From positions 124,001 through 188,000 of the forward strand of contig JAXGZF010000004.1 of NCBI GenBank assembly GCA_040771865.1: 64,000 bases of DNA, in the 5' to 3' direction. This stretch comes from Desulfobacterales bacterium (GTDB lineage: Bacteria > Desulfobacterota > Desulfobacteria > Desulfobacterales > UBA2245). Below the pieces are notes generated by a model. The model was not told the DNA's origin. It saw only the letters and a list, made by a program, of their open reading frames with translations, and did no database searches. Shown in pieces: positions 40,057 to 49,343 of this stretch. Made by a program: the position numbers and the translations under genes. The first letter of the stretch is position 1. Every line of letters starts with the position of its first letter.

Positions 40057-41691
40057 TCAGGCTGAAAACGGCCGACGCATGACCGTATCCTGTTTCCAGA
40101 CCTTGTCGTCCCGATAAGGATATTCGATGTTATAGTGAAGCCCCCGGCTTTCTTTTCGTTGCATGGCGCATTTAATAATCAGCTCGGCAACCGTGGCGAT
40201 ATTTCTCAGTTCAATCAGATCCGAAAAAATTCGGAAATCCCAGTAGTAGTCCCGGATTTCGCTTTGAATGCTTTCAATGCGGTGTTTTGCGCGTTCCAGT
40301 CGTTTATTGGAACGCACAATACCCACATAGTTCCACATAAATCGGCGTATCTCATCCCAATTGTGCGCGACCATGATCAATTCATCGCTGTCCGTGGTTC
40401 CCGCATCGTCCCAGGGGGACAGTTCCGGCGAAGACGGTTCGGAGATTTGCTTTAAATCTTCAACCGCTTGAATTGCCGCACTATGGGCATAAACCAGCGC
40501 TTCGGCCAGAGAGTTGCTGGCAAGCCGGTTGGCGCCGTGAAGTCCGGTGCAGGCGGTTTCGCCAATAGCGTATAGCCTTTTGATGTCGGTCCTGCCGCAT
40601 GTGTCGGTTGCAACCCCTCCGCACATGTAATGGGCCGCAGGGACAACGGGAATCGGCTCACCGGTCATATCGATTCCGAACGAAAGGCATTTTTCATAAA
40701 GATTGGGGAATCGTGTTTTGATGAATTCAGCGTCTTTGTGAGAGATATCAAGAAATACCGAATCCTTTCCACTTTTTTTAAGTTCAGTGTCTATAGCGCG
40801 AGCCACCACGTCCCGGCAGGCGAGCTCTTTCTGAGGATCGTATTTTTCCATAAAACGGTGACCGTTTGCATCGATCAGATAGGCGCCCTCTCCGCGAACC
40901 GCCTCTGAAATCAGAAAATTCTTGGCTTCCGGGTGATACAGGCATGTGGGATGAAATTGTACGAATTCGAGATTGGCCACCATGGCGCCAGCCCGATAGG
41001 CCATGGCGATTCCGTCTCCTGTGGCAATGTCGGGATTGCTTGTGTAAAGATACACTTTTCCGGCGCCACCGGTTGCCAGCATCGTGATTTTGGCGCAGAA
41101 GGTTTTTACCTCCCGGGTATTCCGATCCTGAACATAAGCGCCGTGACAGCTCTCTTCATGGGTGGTGATGACCGTTCCTCTTTTGATGCGTGTGGAACGG
41201 GTGATCAGGTCGATGGCGATGTGGTTTTCATAGACCGTGATCCGGTTATTGCGTCTGACATGCTCCACCAGAACCCGTTCGATTTCCAGGCCGGTCATAT
41301 CCTGAGCATGAACGATGCGCTTCCGGGAGTGCCCGCCTTCCCGGCCCAGATCAAGTGCGGGCGGGTCTTCTGTGGATGCCTCGCTCAAATTGAAATTCAC
41401 TCCGAGGTTAATCAGCTCAAGTATCCTGTCCGGACCGTTTTTGACGACCATTTCCACGACTTCCGGGTTGCACAAGCCGTCTCCCGCAGCCAGCGTGTCC
41501 TGTATATGAAGGTCGAAGGAATCCAGTTGCCCGAATACCGAGGCAACGCCTCCCTGAGCCTGGGAGGTATTGCTGTCCATGATTCCTTTTTTGGTCACCA
41601 GAGCGACGGTGCCGTAAGCAGCCACTTTGAGGGCAAAGGTCAACCCGGCAACTCCGCTGCCCAAGACTAAAAAATCAGACTGAATTTCCAT
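40057..41691 (-). CDS. nadB: L-aspartate oxidase
   Basis: GSGVAG, AQGG, REGGHS..RIVH, QFHPT, SEAVRGEG and HGANRLASNSL motifs. Confidence 0.96.
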   Translation of the reverse strand: MEIQSDFLVLGSGVAGLTFALKVAAYGTVALVTKKGIMDSNTSQAQGGVASVFGQLDSFDLHIQDTLAAGDGLCNPEVVEMVVKNGPDRILELINLGVNFNLSEASTEDPPALDLGREGGHSRKRIVHAQDMTGLEIERVLVEHVRRNNRITVYENHIAIDLITRSTRIKRGTVITTHEESCHGAYVQDRNTREVKTFCAKITMLATGGAGKVYLYTSNPDIATGDGIAMAYRAGAMVANLEFVQFHPTCLYHPEAKNFLISEAVRGEGAYLIDANGHRFMEKYDPQKELACRDVVARAIDTELKKSGKDSVFLDISHKDAEFIKTRFPNLYEKCLSFGIDMTGEPIPVVPAAHYMCGGVATDTCGRTDIKRLYAIGETACTGLHGANRLASNSLAEALVYAHSAAIQAVEDLKQISEPSSPELSPWDDAGTTDSDELIMVAHNWDEIRRFMWNYVGIVRSNKRLERAKHRIESIQSEIRDYYWDFRIFSDLIELRNIATVAELIIKCAMQRKESRGLHYNIEYPYRDDKVWKQDTVMRRPFSA

Positions 41692-41731
41692 TGTGTACGA
41701 TTGTCCTTGGTGTGGATCAAGTTTGAATAGT

Positions 41732-42406
41732 TTAAAGCAAAGAAGACCTTCTTCGTTTGCTTTTCCCAGTATAGCCGATCATCACTCCGACCAGCAGAAC
41801 GCCGGCGCCGGCCAGAAACCAGTGAATTGCGTTTTTCATTTGAAGCCCGGATAAAGTTTTTTCCAGATCGCCGATCTTTTCATTTTGCTTTTGCAAAGCT
41901 TCGGACTTTGTTTGAAGGTCTTGCCGAAGTTGAATGACTTCCGCGGAATCCTGCTTCAGGGCTTCATAGGCGTTGGAGATTTTATCGAGTTCTTCCCGGG
42001 CTTGTAACAGTTCCGAGGAATGCTTCTGTATGTCGGATTTCAGGGTCCGGTTCTCTTCGGATAAGAGCCCGAATTGGGCCAAAAGCTCAGCATGGCGCTT
42101 TTCGAGACTTTCCATAAGCATGGTTTTGGGTTTTTCGGAACTCAAGAAACGGGTCAGCACCCATCCCTCTTTTCCGTTGGCAATTTGAACTCTGGACCAG
42201 TCCTGTCCTTCCTCAAGCATCTCCACGGGCTGCCCGATTTTCAGCATGGCAATAATTTTATTTTCAGTGGTTGGCCCGGTGCGCATGGTGATTTGCACCG
42301 TATCGGAGATATAAACCGTTCTGGCCTGGGCGGAACCGGGCATAGCGCAAGCGGCAAGGATGCAAATTAAAAATAAAGGACGCTTCATGCAGGATGCTCC
42401 ATCCAT
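41732..42406 (-). CDS. SH3-domain protein, TIGR04211/YgiM family
   Basis: Signal peptide, YISD...MRTGP, EGWVLTRFL, a coiled coil and C-terminal TM WFLAGAGV. Confidence 0.85.
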   Translation of the reverse strand: MDGASCMKRPLFLICILAACAMPGSAQARTVYISDTVQITMRTGPTTENKIIAMLKIGQPVEMLEEGQDWSRVQIANGKEGWVLTRFLSSEKPKTMLMESLEKRHAELLAQFGLLSEENRTLKSDIQKHSSELLQAREELDKISNAYEALKQDSAEVIQLRQDLQTKSEALQKQNEKIGDLEKTLSGLQMKNAIHWFLAGAGVLLVGVMIGYTGKSKRRRSSLL

Positions 42407-42589
42407 GTCATTTTTACTGAAAAGCCGATTTTTTGTCCCGAAATTGTTTTCAGGTATCTTTTGTTGAAAAAAAGCAGGGTGTCAATAATTTCTTTTCATA
42501 AACGGTCTCCTGTGATACTTGTGAAACACTTTTTAGCCATAAGGAGTCGATTTGATTCATAGGGACAGCACGCGACCTACATACCTTTC

Positions 42590-43006
42590 ATGATTGCTTT
42601 CGATTTTGAATGTTCCAACGGCCACCATTTTGAAGGCTGGTTCGATGATTCCCGGGCATATGAAGAACAACGGGAAAACGGAATGATTGCATGCCCGGTA
42701 TGCAATGATGCCGCTGTATACAAGGTTCCTTCAACTTTCGGCATCAAGCGGGCTTCGTGTGAGCACAGCCTGCCGGCATCCCGCGAGGAAGTGATGGCCG
42801 TGCTCGGAGGTCAACTGGCTCAATATATCCAGGAAAATTTTGAAGATGTTGGCGCAGATTTTCACAATGAGGCCCTAAAGATTCATTATGGAAATTCCGA
42901 ACCGCGCAACATTCGAGGGTACACCAGCAAGGCGCAGGAGAAGATTCTGAAAGAAGAAGGCGTCTCTTATTTCAAGATTCCCATTGTCGAAGCCGAAGAC
43001 TTCTGA
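42590..43006 (+). CDS. DUF1178-family protein
   Basis: C..GHHFEGWF, CPVC, FEDVG..F..EALKIHYG and RNIRG motifs. Confidence 0.85.
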   Translation: MIAFDFECSNGHHFEGWFDDSRAYEEQRENGMIACPVCNDAAVYKVPSTFGIKRASCEHSLPASREEVMAVLGGQLAQYIQENFEDVGADFHNEALKIHYGNSEPRNIRGYTSKAQEKILKEEGVSYFKIPIVEAEDF

Positions 43007-43116
43007 TCTGGACCGGTTTCATAGATTTCAGTCCAGTGCCCGGCATAAACCGGCGAATCCCGATTGATCATCCCGCGCAGATCCAGAAATCCCAATTGTC
43101 GAGGATTGAATCAATT

Positions 43117-43893
43117 TTATTCTGCTACGGTAAAAAGCTCGTCATATCCGTTTTGCATCAAACACTCTTCCAGAATCCGCGCTTCTTCCAGGGTCCGGCA
43201 TTTGCCGACGCGGACCCTGTGAAATGTCAGCTGGTCCTGATCGTATTCAACGATATGAGCGTTTTCGTATCGGGCGGCCAGCTTTTGCCGGAGACTTTCA
43301 GCATTCCTGGAATTCTGAAACGCGCCGACCTGAATGGTGAAGTTGCCTGAACAGTAGTTTCCAGGAGTATATGCGGTATCGGATTCCATTGATTTGAAGC
43401 CCAGGGCTACAACCTCCACCGTTGCCGTTCCCGGCCCTACGACACCGAGCTTTCGGGCCGCCGAGTACGAGAGATCAATGATTCTACCCCGAACAAAAGG
43501 GCCGCGGTCATTTATTTTGACCGTTGTGTGCAAATTGTTCTCAAGGTTGGTGACCCTGACGTAGGTTCCCAGAGGAAGGGTTTTATGGGCGGCGGTCATG
43601 GCAAACATGTCATAGGTTTCTCCGCTGGATGTTCTACGGCCGTGAAAATCCTTGCCGTACCATGAGGCGATGCCTTTTTCCCGAAAATCTTTTGCATCGG
43701 GCAGCGGCTGATACCAGGTTTTTCCGATCCGGTAAGGTTTCGGATAATCCGGCCGGGGCTTGGCGGGGGGTTTCGAGGCGCATCCTTCCAGCCAGATTCC
43801 GAAAATCAACATGACAATCATGAGGATAATGCGGCGAAATTCCGGATGATCAATGGTTACGGATTTTTGAATCATGCAGGAATTGATTGTCAT
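43117..43893 (-). CDS. rlpA: Septal ring lytic transglycosylase RlpA with SPOR domain
   Basis: GIASWYG, TAAHKTLP, INDRGPF and IIDLS motifs; SPOR IQVGAF. Confidence 0.93.
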   Translation of the reverse strand: MTINSCMIQKSVTIDHPEFRRIILMIVMLIFGIWLEGCASKPPAKPRPDYPKPYRIGKTWYQPLPDAKDFREKGIASWYGKDFHGRRTSSGETYDMFAMTAAHKTLPLGTYVRVTNLENNLHTTVKINDRGPFVRGRIIDLSYSAARKLGVVGPGTATVEVVALGFKSMESDTAYTPGNYCSGNFTIQVGAFQNSRNAESLRQKLAARYENAHIVEYDQDQLTFHRVRVGKCRTLEEARILEECLMQNGYDELFTVAE

Positions 43894-46238
43894 TTTCGGA
43901 ATGCAATTTTCAAAACATCCATCATCTTGCTTACGAAGTGAAACTGGATCTGGTTCAGAATTTTTTTGGGAATGTCTTCAAGATCTTTTTTATTCCATTT
44001 GGGCAGAATCACCGTTTTGATCCCTGCACGGTGGGCGGCCAGCACCTTTTCCTTGATGCCTCCTACGGGAAGCACCTGACCCCGCAGGGTGATTTCTCCG
44101 GTCATGGCCAAATCCTTTTGAATGGTTCTGTTGGTCAGCAGGCCGGTCAAGGCGGTCAGCATGGTCACTCCGGCCGACGGACCGTCCTTTGGAATGGCGC
44201 CTTCGGGAATATGAATATGAATATCCAGATTTTCAAAAAAATTCTCCGCCAGTCCGATTTCCCTGGCATTTGCCCGAATAAAGCTCAGAGCGGCGGATGC
44301 CGATTCTTTCATCACCTCGCCCAACTGACCGGTCATGATCAGGTTGTTTTTCCCCCTCATGGCCGTGGCTTCGACAAAAATAAGCGTGCCTCCGTTCTGC
44401 GTCCAGGCCAGTCCCATGGCTACCCCCGGAGTGGATATTCGCTCGCTGATTTCCGATATGAATCGAATGGGTCCAAGATAGCGGGCAAGATCTTTTGCCT
44501 TGATCGAGACGGATTTAGCCTCATCGGCGGCGATCTTGCTGGCAACGCTTCTGCAGATATTGGCGATTTCACGTTCCAGATTTCTCAGGCCGGCTTCACG
44601 GGTGTAGCCTGAAATGATTTTTTCGACTGCGCCCTTGCTAAATCGGATTTGATCGGGTTTCAGACCGTGAAATTCGAGCTGCCGGGGAATGAGATAAGCT
44701 TTGGCGATTTTGATCTTTTCTTCGGCAGTGTAGCCGTGAAGATTCAGAACCTCCATGCGGTCCCGCAGGGCGGGTGGAATGGTTTCAAGGATATTGGCCG
44801 TCGTGATGAACATCACCTTGGACAGATCAAAGGGAACATCCAGGTAATGATCGGAAAATGAAAAGTTCTGTTCGGGATCCAGCACTTCCAGAAGGGCCGA
44901 AGAAGGGTCGCCTCGAAAGTCGCTGCCCACCTTGTCGATCTCATCGAGCATAAAAACAGGATTGTTGGAGCCGCAGCGACGGATGCCCTGAATGATCCGC
45001 CCTGGAAGCGCACCCACGTATGTTCTGCGATGCCCCCTGATTTCAGCCTCATCACGGACTCCGCCCAGGGAAATTCGATAGAATTTCCGGCCTAGAGCCC
45101 TGGCGATCGAACGCCCGAGAGAGGTCTTACCGGTTCCCGGAGGACCGGCAAAACAAAGAATCGGGCCCTTGGAATCGGGCTTGAGCTTTCGAACGGCTAG
45201 GTACTCGATGACCCGTTTTTTTGCTTTTTCGAGGCCGTAATGATCATCGTTGAGAATTTTTTGGGCTTTTTTGATGTCCAGCCGGTCTTCTGTGCTTTGA
45301 TTCCAGGGCAAGGAGGTCAGCCAGTCCAGATAGGTCGTGGAAACGGTATATTCCGATGAAGACGGATGCATACGGGAGAGGCGGTCCAGTTCTCTTTCGG
45401 CTTCTTTTCTGGCTTCTTCGGGGAGGCCCTGAATTTCAAATTTGTTTTTGAATTCTTCAATGACCACGGCCGTGTCATCCTTGTCTCCCAGTTCTTCCCG
45501 AATGGCCTTAAGCTGCTGGCGAAGATAGTATTCCCGCTGGCTCTTGTCCATGTCGACCTTCACCTGAGACTGAATCTTGTTGCCAAGTTCAAGAATCTCC
45601 AGCTGGTAGTTTACCAGACGGGTTACCTGCTTCAAGCGCTCCTTTGTGTTGATCAGTTCCAGGACCTGTTGCTTTTCTTCCACAGAGATGTTCAGGGTCG
45701 AGGCGATCAGGTCTGTCAGGATGCCGGGATCCTGAATGGATCTGGCCATGGCGCCGATTTCCTTGGGCAGTCCCGGAGAAAGGTCCACCACTCGAAGGAA
45801 AAGACCCAGGATGTTGGCCATAAGCGCATCGGTTTCCTTGTCTTTGAATTCAACCTCCTGAAGATGCTGCACCTTGGCGCGGGGATAGGGCTTTGCGCTT
45901 ATGAACTCAGTAATTCGGAATCGTGAAAGCCCTTGAACGAGCAACTGGGCTTTGTTGTCTTCGGTCTTGGCCATCTTCAAAATCAGAGACAGGGTTCCAA
46001 CGGAATAGAGATCTTCGATCTTTTGGTCTCCATTTTTCGGACTTTTACGTGAAACCACCACGCCGATGAGCCGGTCTCTTCTCATTGCCTCATCTACGAG
46101 TTGAATGGATTCGCTCTGCATCACCACAAGCGGCAGGATCATCTTGGGAAAAAGCGCTGCATCATACAAGGGCAGAATCGGAAGGCTTTCAGGCAGCTTT
46201 CCGGAATCAAGATCCGTATTTTGATGCTGGTCTGTCAT
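43890..46238 (-). CDS. lon: ATP-dependent protease La
   Basis: LON N-domain, Walker [16 protein letters not shown], catalytic PKDGPSAG and GGIKEK. Confidence 0.97.
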   Translation of the reverse strand: MTDQHQNTDLDSGKLPESLPILPLYDAALFPKMILPLVVMQSESIQLVDEAMRRDRLIGVVVSRKSPKNGDQKIEDLYSVGTLSLILKMAKTEDNKAQLLVQGLSRFRITEFISAKPYPRAKVQHLQEVEFKDKETDALMANILGLFLRVVDLSPGLPKEIGAMARSIQDPGILTDLIASTLNISVEEKQQVLELINTKERLKQVTRLVNYQLEILELGNKIQSQVKVDMDKSQREYYLRQQLKAIREELGDKDDTAVVIEEFKNKFEIQGLPEEARKEAERELDRLSRMHPSSSEYTVSTTYLDWLTSLPWNQSTEDRLDIKKAQKILNDDHYGLEKAKKRVIEYLAVRKLKPDSKGPILCFAGPPGTGKTSLGRSIARALGRKFYRISLGGVRDEAEIRGHRRTYVGALPGRIIQGIRRCGSNNPVFMLDEIDKVGSDFRGDPSSALLEVLDPEQNFSFSDHYLDVPFDLSKVMFITTANILETIPPALRDRMEVLNLHGYTAEEKIKIAKAYLIPRQLEFHGLKPDQIRFSKGAVEKIISGYTREAGLRNLEREIANICRSVASKIAADEAKSVSIKAKDLARYLGPIRFISEISERISTPGVAMGLAWTQNGGTLIFVEATAMRGKNNLIMTGQLGEVMKESASAALSFIRANAREIGLAENFFENLDIHIHIPEGAIPKDGPSAGVTMLTALTGLLTNRTIQKDLAMTGEITLRGQVLPVGGIKEKVLAAHRAGIKTVILPKWNKKDLEDIPKKILNQIQFHFVSKMMDVLKIAFRK

Positions 46239-46282
46239 GGGTTACCTCCAAATATTTTCTGCTTAAGACAGCTCCACGGGTT

Positions 46283-46723
46283 CTATTCATCCGAGATGGG
46301 GACCTGGTAGATTTGATTGACTGGAAGTTTGGTCAGCCGTATTTGAAGGAATCCATTGGAATAGGAAGAGGACACCTTTTCCGTGTCAATGGGCGCGGGC
46401 AGGAAAAGAATCCTTTCGAAATGGCCGTACTGGATTTCCGCCAGCCGATAGTTCGCATTCTTCATTCGGGGCATTTCGGTGCGCTGCCCATAAATTTTGA
46501 CCGCCTTACTGTTGATTTCCACCTCCAGGTTTTCTTTATCGACCCCCGCGATTTCAGCAAGAATAATGATTTCTTCGGGGGTCTCATAAATATCCATCGG
46601 GGGCTTCCAGGTCCGTACAGACAGTGTAAACATCGGGTTTATGGCCCGAAACATTTCCTCGATGGATAATTTGGAACTTAACCTTTCAAAATCGTTGCCG
46701 AATCGTATCTTTATACAGTTCAT
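46283..46723 (-). CDS. Hsp20-family protein
   Basis: PPMDIYET, AEIAGV, EIQYGHFER and YSNGFL motifs; directly upstream of lon. Confidence 0.9.
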   Translation of the reverse strand: MNCIKIRFGNDFERLSSKLSIEEMFRAINPMFTLSVRTWKPPMDIYETPEEIIILAEIAGVDKENLEVEINSKAVKIYGQRTEMPRMKNANYRLAEIQYGHFERILFLPAPIDTEKVSSSYSNGFLQIRLTKLPVNQIYQVPISDE

Positions 46724-46849
46724 TTTAAAGCTCCTGAGGATTTTAGAAAAGATCCTGATTGATGAGCGATGTTACGAGTTTAATAATTATCATTGCAGAA
46801 ATGATTTGTAAAGAAAGCGTGATCGCGAAGGCATTCTATTGCTTATAGC

Positions 46850-47052
46850 CGGGCTTGACAGCATCGGCGGAACACAGGTTCGGTTTCAGGGTGTCCCGGA
46901 AGTTTTCCACGAGGCTTTGAAAGGGGTCCAGCTTAAACCGGATAAAAAAAAGCCTTGAAGGGTCGCGTAAAATCAGGAGATTCAAAGCGGAACGGAATAA
47001 AGCCGCTTGCAAACAATCCTGAGCGATGCAAAAAAGAAATGCGATTGCCCGG
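46850..47052 (+). mobile_element. Highly decayed ISAs1-family 3' end remnant
   Basis: With frameshifts reads LK.DKK.LKGRVK.RRFKA..NK..LQTILS, similar to the remnant at 51614-51846; ends in ATGCGATTGCCC. Confidence 0.4.
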
Positions 47053-47066
47053 AAGGACAATCGCAT
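47039..47066 (-). terminator. Hairpin after hisF (terminator-like; also resembles ISAs1 terminal repeats)
   Basis: ATGCGATTG...CAATCGCAT stem, followed on the minus strand by TTCTTTTTT. Confidence 0.55.
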
Positions 47067-47182
47067 GTTCGAATGGACTTGGTGGCAGCGGCTATCGGAT
47101 GTGCGCGCTGTTTGATGGCTGAAGCACCAGACTGCGCAATAGATGTAATTTCAAAATTCGTTACCGTGAGGGCGCGCCTGGC

Positions 47183-47944
47183 TCAATTTGTCTGAATCCC
47201 TTTATTATTCAGGTATCTTTTAAGATCCGATATATTAATTTCGCCAAAATGGAAAACAGACGCAGCAAGCAGAATTCCGGCCCCGCCGTCCCGCGCTGCT
47301 TCCAGGAAATGATCCATGGTTCCAGCGCCGCCCGAGGCGATCACCGGCACCTTGACCGCCTTGCTGATTCCAGAAATTAATGGAATGTCATATCCGGTTT
47401 TGGCCCCGTCACAGGCTTTACTGGTCGGCAGTATATATCCCGCGCCTCTGATTTCCGCCTCTCTGGCCCACTCAATGGCGTCTTTTCCAGTCGGAGTATT
47501 ACCACCGTCGATATAAACTTCGTATCCGGAAGCAAGGGACGGATTCCGGTCAACATCAATGGCCACCACCAGTTTGGAAGAACCGAATTTCGAAGCCGCC
47601 TGATCAATTAAACCGGGATTGCGAAAAGCCGCGCTGCTGATGGAAATGCGATCAGCCCCCGCCGTTAATACGTCCTCGGCGTCCGCGATAGAAGCGATGC
47701 CTCCGCCAACCGTAAAAGGAATGGTAGTCACCTCCGCGACCCGACGGACAGCCTCTAAAGTCGTTTTCCTTTTATCGATGGTTGCGGTGATGTCCAAGAA
47801 GGCCAGTTCGTCGGCGCCGCTTTCACAGTAAATCCTGGCGCACTCCACCGGATTTCCCGCATCTCTAAGATTTACAAAATGAACGCCTTTAACCACCCGC
47901 CCGTTCTTCATGTCCAGGCAGGGCATGATCAGGACTTTTCTCAT
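47183..47944 (-). CDS. hisF: Imidazole glycerol phosphate synthase cyclase subunit (stand-alone copy)
   Basis: PCLDMKNGRVVKG, GADELAFLDITA, VGGGI, VVAID, IASGGAG and LAASVFHFG motifs. Confidence 0.92.
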   Translation of the reverse strand: MRKVLIMPCLDMKNGRVVKGVHFVNLRDAGNPVECARIYCESGADELAFLDITATIDKRKTTLEAVRRVAEVTTIPFTVGGGIASIADAEDVLTAGADRISISSAAFRNPGLIDQAASKFGSSKLVVAIDVDRNPSLASGYEVYIDGGNTPTGKDAIEWAREAEIRGAGYILPTSKACDGAKTGYDIPLISGISKAVKVPVIASGGAGTMDHFLEAARDGGAGILLAASVFHFGEINISDLKRYLNNKGIQTN

Positions 47945-48215
47945 ATCTGAATTCTCCTTTCAATTTTATGGGATCAGAACCTGCTTGACGGAAGTTAGTG
48001 TATGTCAAAAGAGTGCTTGTTTATCAAGAAAAAAAACCTGGGTAATATTGAGTGCTGGCCAAAAAAATCCGATCAGCACTCGAAAAGCGAACGCCGCTTG
48101 GAATCGTTTGCGATCTGTTTCGCGCCTTGTCTCTCGAAGAGCCGCACGAGTTTGTGGATTTTCAATGCCGTATTTTCCTGCTATTTTCAAAGCCGTCCGG
48201 CGGACACACGTCATT

Positions 48216-49343
48216 TTATTTTCCGAGATAGGTGCAGGCTTTGGGAACGGGTCTGGAGTAGAGCAGACCATGGGTTTTATCGTCAAAGGCATTCGCTCTT
48301 TCAAACGCGTCGATGATGGACGGTATCAGCTGCCCGGCCACAATCATGTTGCTGATTTCACGTGCGGGTGAAATGTTTACCAGGTCGGAATCCTGCGGAC
48401 GCACATGTTTCAGCCTGCTGATGGTAGCGCCTGCTGCGCCTGCTGTCATGGCGGCTTTCACAAGGGCGTCCGCACGGCCTTCATTGCAGATCAGGGTCAG
48501 ATCCATGAGATTTGAAAGGTATCTGCGTCGTGAAGCCTGGTCAAGGGAGGCCATGCCGGACCTGCTGCGCCACTGGGTTCCGCCCTTGATTTCGTCAAGA
48601 GCGGTGATGATCTGCTCGATGCTGGCGGCGTGTTTTGGTATGCCCCACAAGATTTTCGTGTTCACAATGCCCCTGTCCATCGGGAATAAGTAAATGAATC
48701 CCTTTCCCGGCTCATCCAGTTTTCCGGCGTCAATCATGAGGTCCATGACGGCATCCGCATCGTGAATGCTGGCCGCCAGAGTGATTACTTCCTTTTCCGC
48801 CGGAATGGTGATGCGCAGAATTCCAAGTTTGTCGCGCACACCGGTGCCGGTTCCGAAGGTAATAAACGGCACGCAGGTTCCGGTGTCCAGAGCCACGCGT
48901 GCAACGGTGTCTCCCTGTCCGCGCTGGACGATGCAGCATATCCCTATCAGCTCGGTCAGCATCGGCAGCTTAAAACCTGTTGTCTGGGTTTTTTCGCCGG
49001 CGTTTTCCAAGCACAGCTCATGAGCTCTCAGCAGCGTGACGCTCTCGCTGTAAACGGAACCACGGCCGGGAATGTTCAGTTTGCCTGTTTTGGTAATGAT
49101 GTCCAGGGCGGTGGATTCCAGTTCGGGGCTGACCAGGAAAGACAGAATATCGACGGGGTCTTCCACGATCACGGAACGTGCTCCGATGCCGAAAACCCCT
49201 TTCTTGTACTCAAGAGCAATGGATCGTCCCGCTGCAAGGTGTCCGTTTTTCATACCGGATTCCTCGAGCGCTTTCAGTATCGGCTCCGCGACGCCGCGGG
49301 AAGTCGCCGCAACAACTCTGCAAATGGCTTTATTATCAATCAT
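48216..49343 (-). CDS. Protein of three tandem PII/GlnB-like domains
   Basis: Three ~100-aa repeats ending in GKLNIPGRGSVY, GKLDEPGKGFIY and AFDDKTHGLLY; ATGA-type overlap with the upstream DUF1538 gene. Confidence 0.75.
   Translation of the reverse strand: MIDNKAICRVVAATSRGVAEPILKALEESGMKNGHLAAGRSIALEYKKGVFGIGARSVIVEDPVDILSFLVSPELESTALDIITKTGKLNIPGRGSVYSESVTLLRAHELCLENAGEKTQTTGFKLPMLTELIGICCIVQRGQGDTVARVALDTGTCVPFITFGTGTGVRDKLGILRITIPAEKEVITLAASIHDADAVMDLMIDAGKLDEPGKGFIYLFPMDRGIVNTKILWGIPKHAASIEQIITALDEIKGGTQWRSRSGMASLDQASRRRYLSNLMDLTLICNEGRADALVKAAMTAGAAGATISRLKHVRPQDSDLVNISPAREISNMIVAGQLIPSIIDAFERANAFDDKTHGLLYSRPVPKACTYLGK

Noticed and set aside
46780..46797. Fur/PerR-like box (TAATAATTATCATTGC) upstream of hsp20-lon, and a weaker one near 51921
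   Set aside because: Only partial matches in AT-rich DNA; not supportable without a position-weight-matrix scan.
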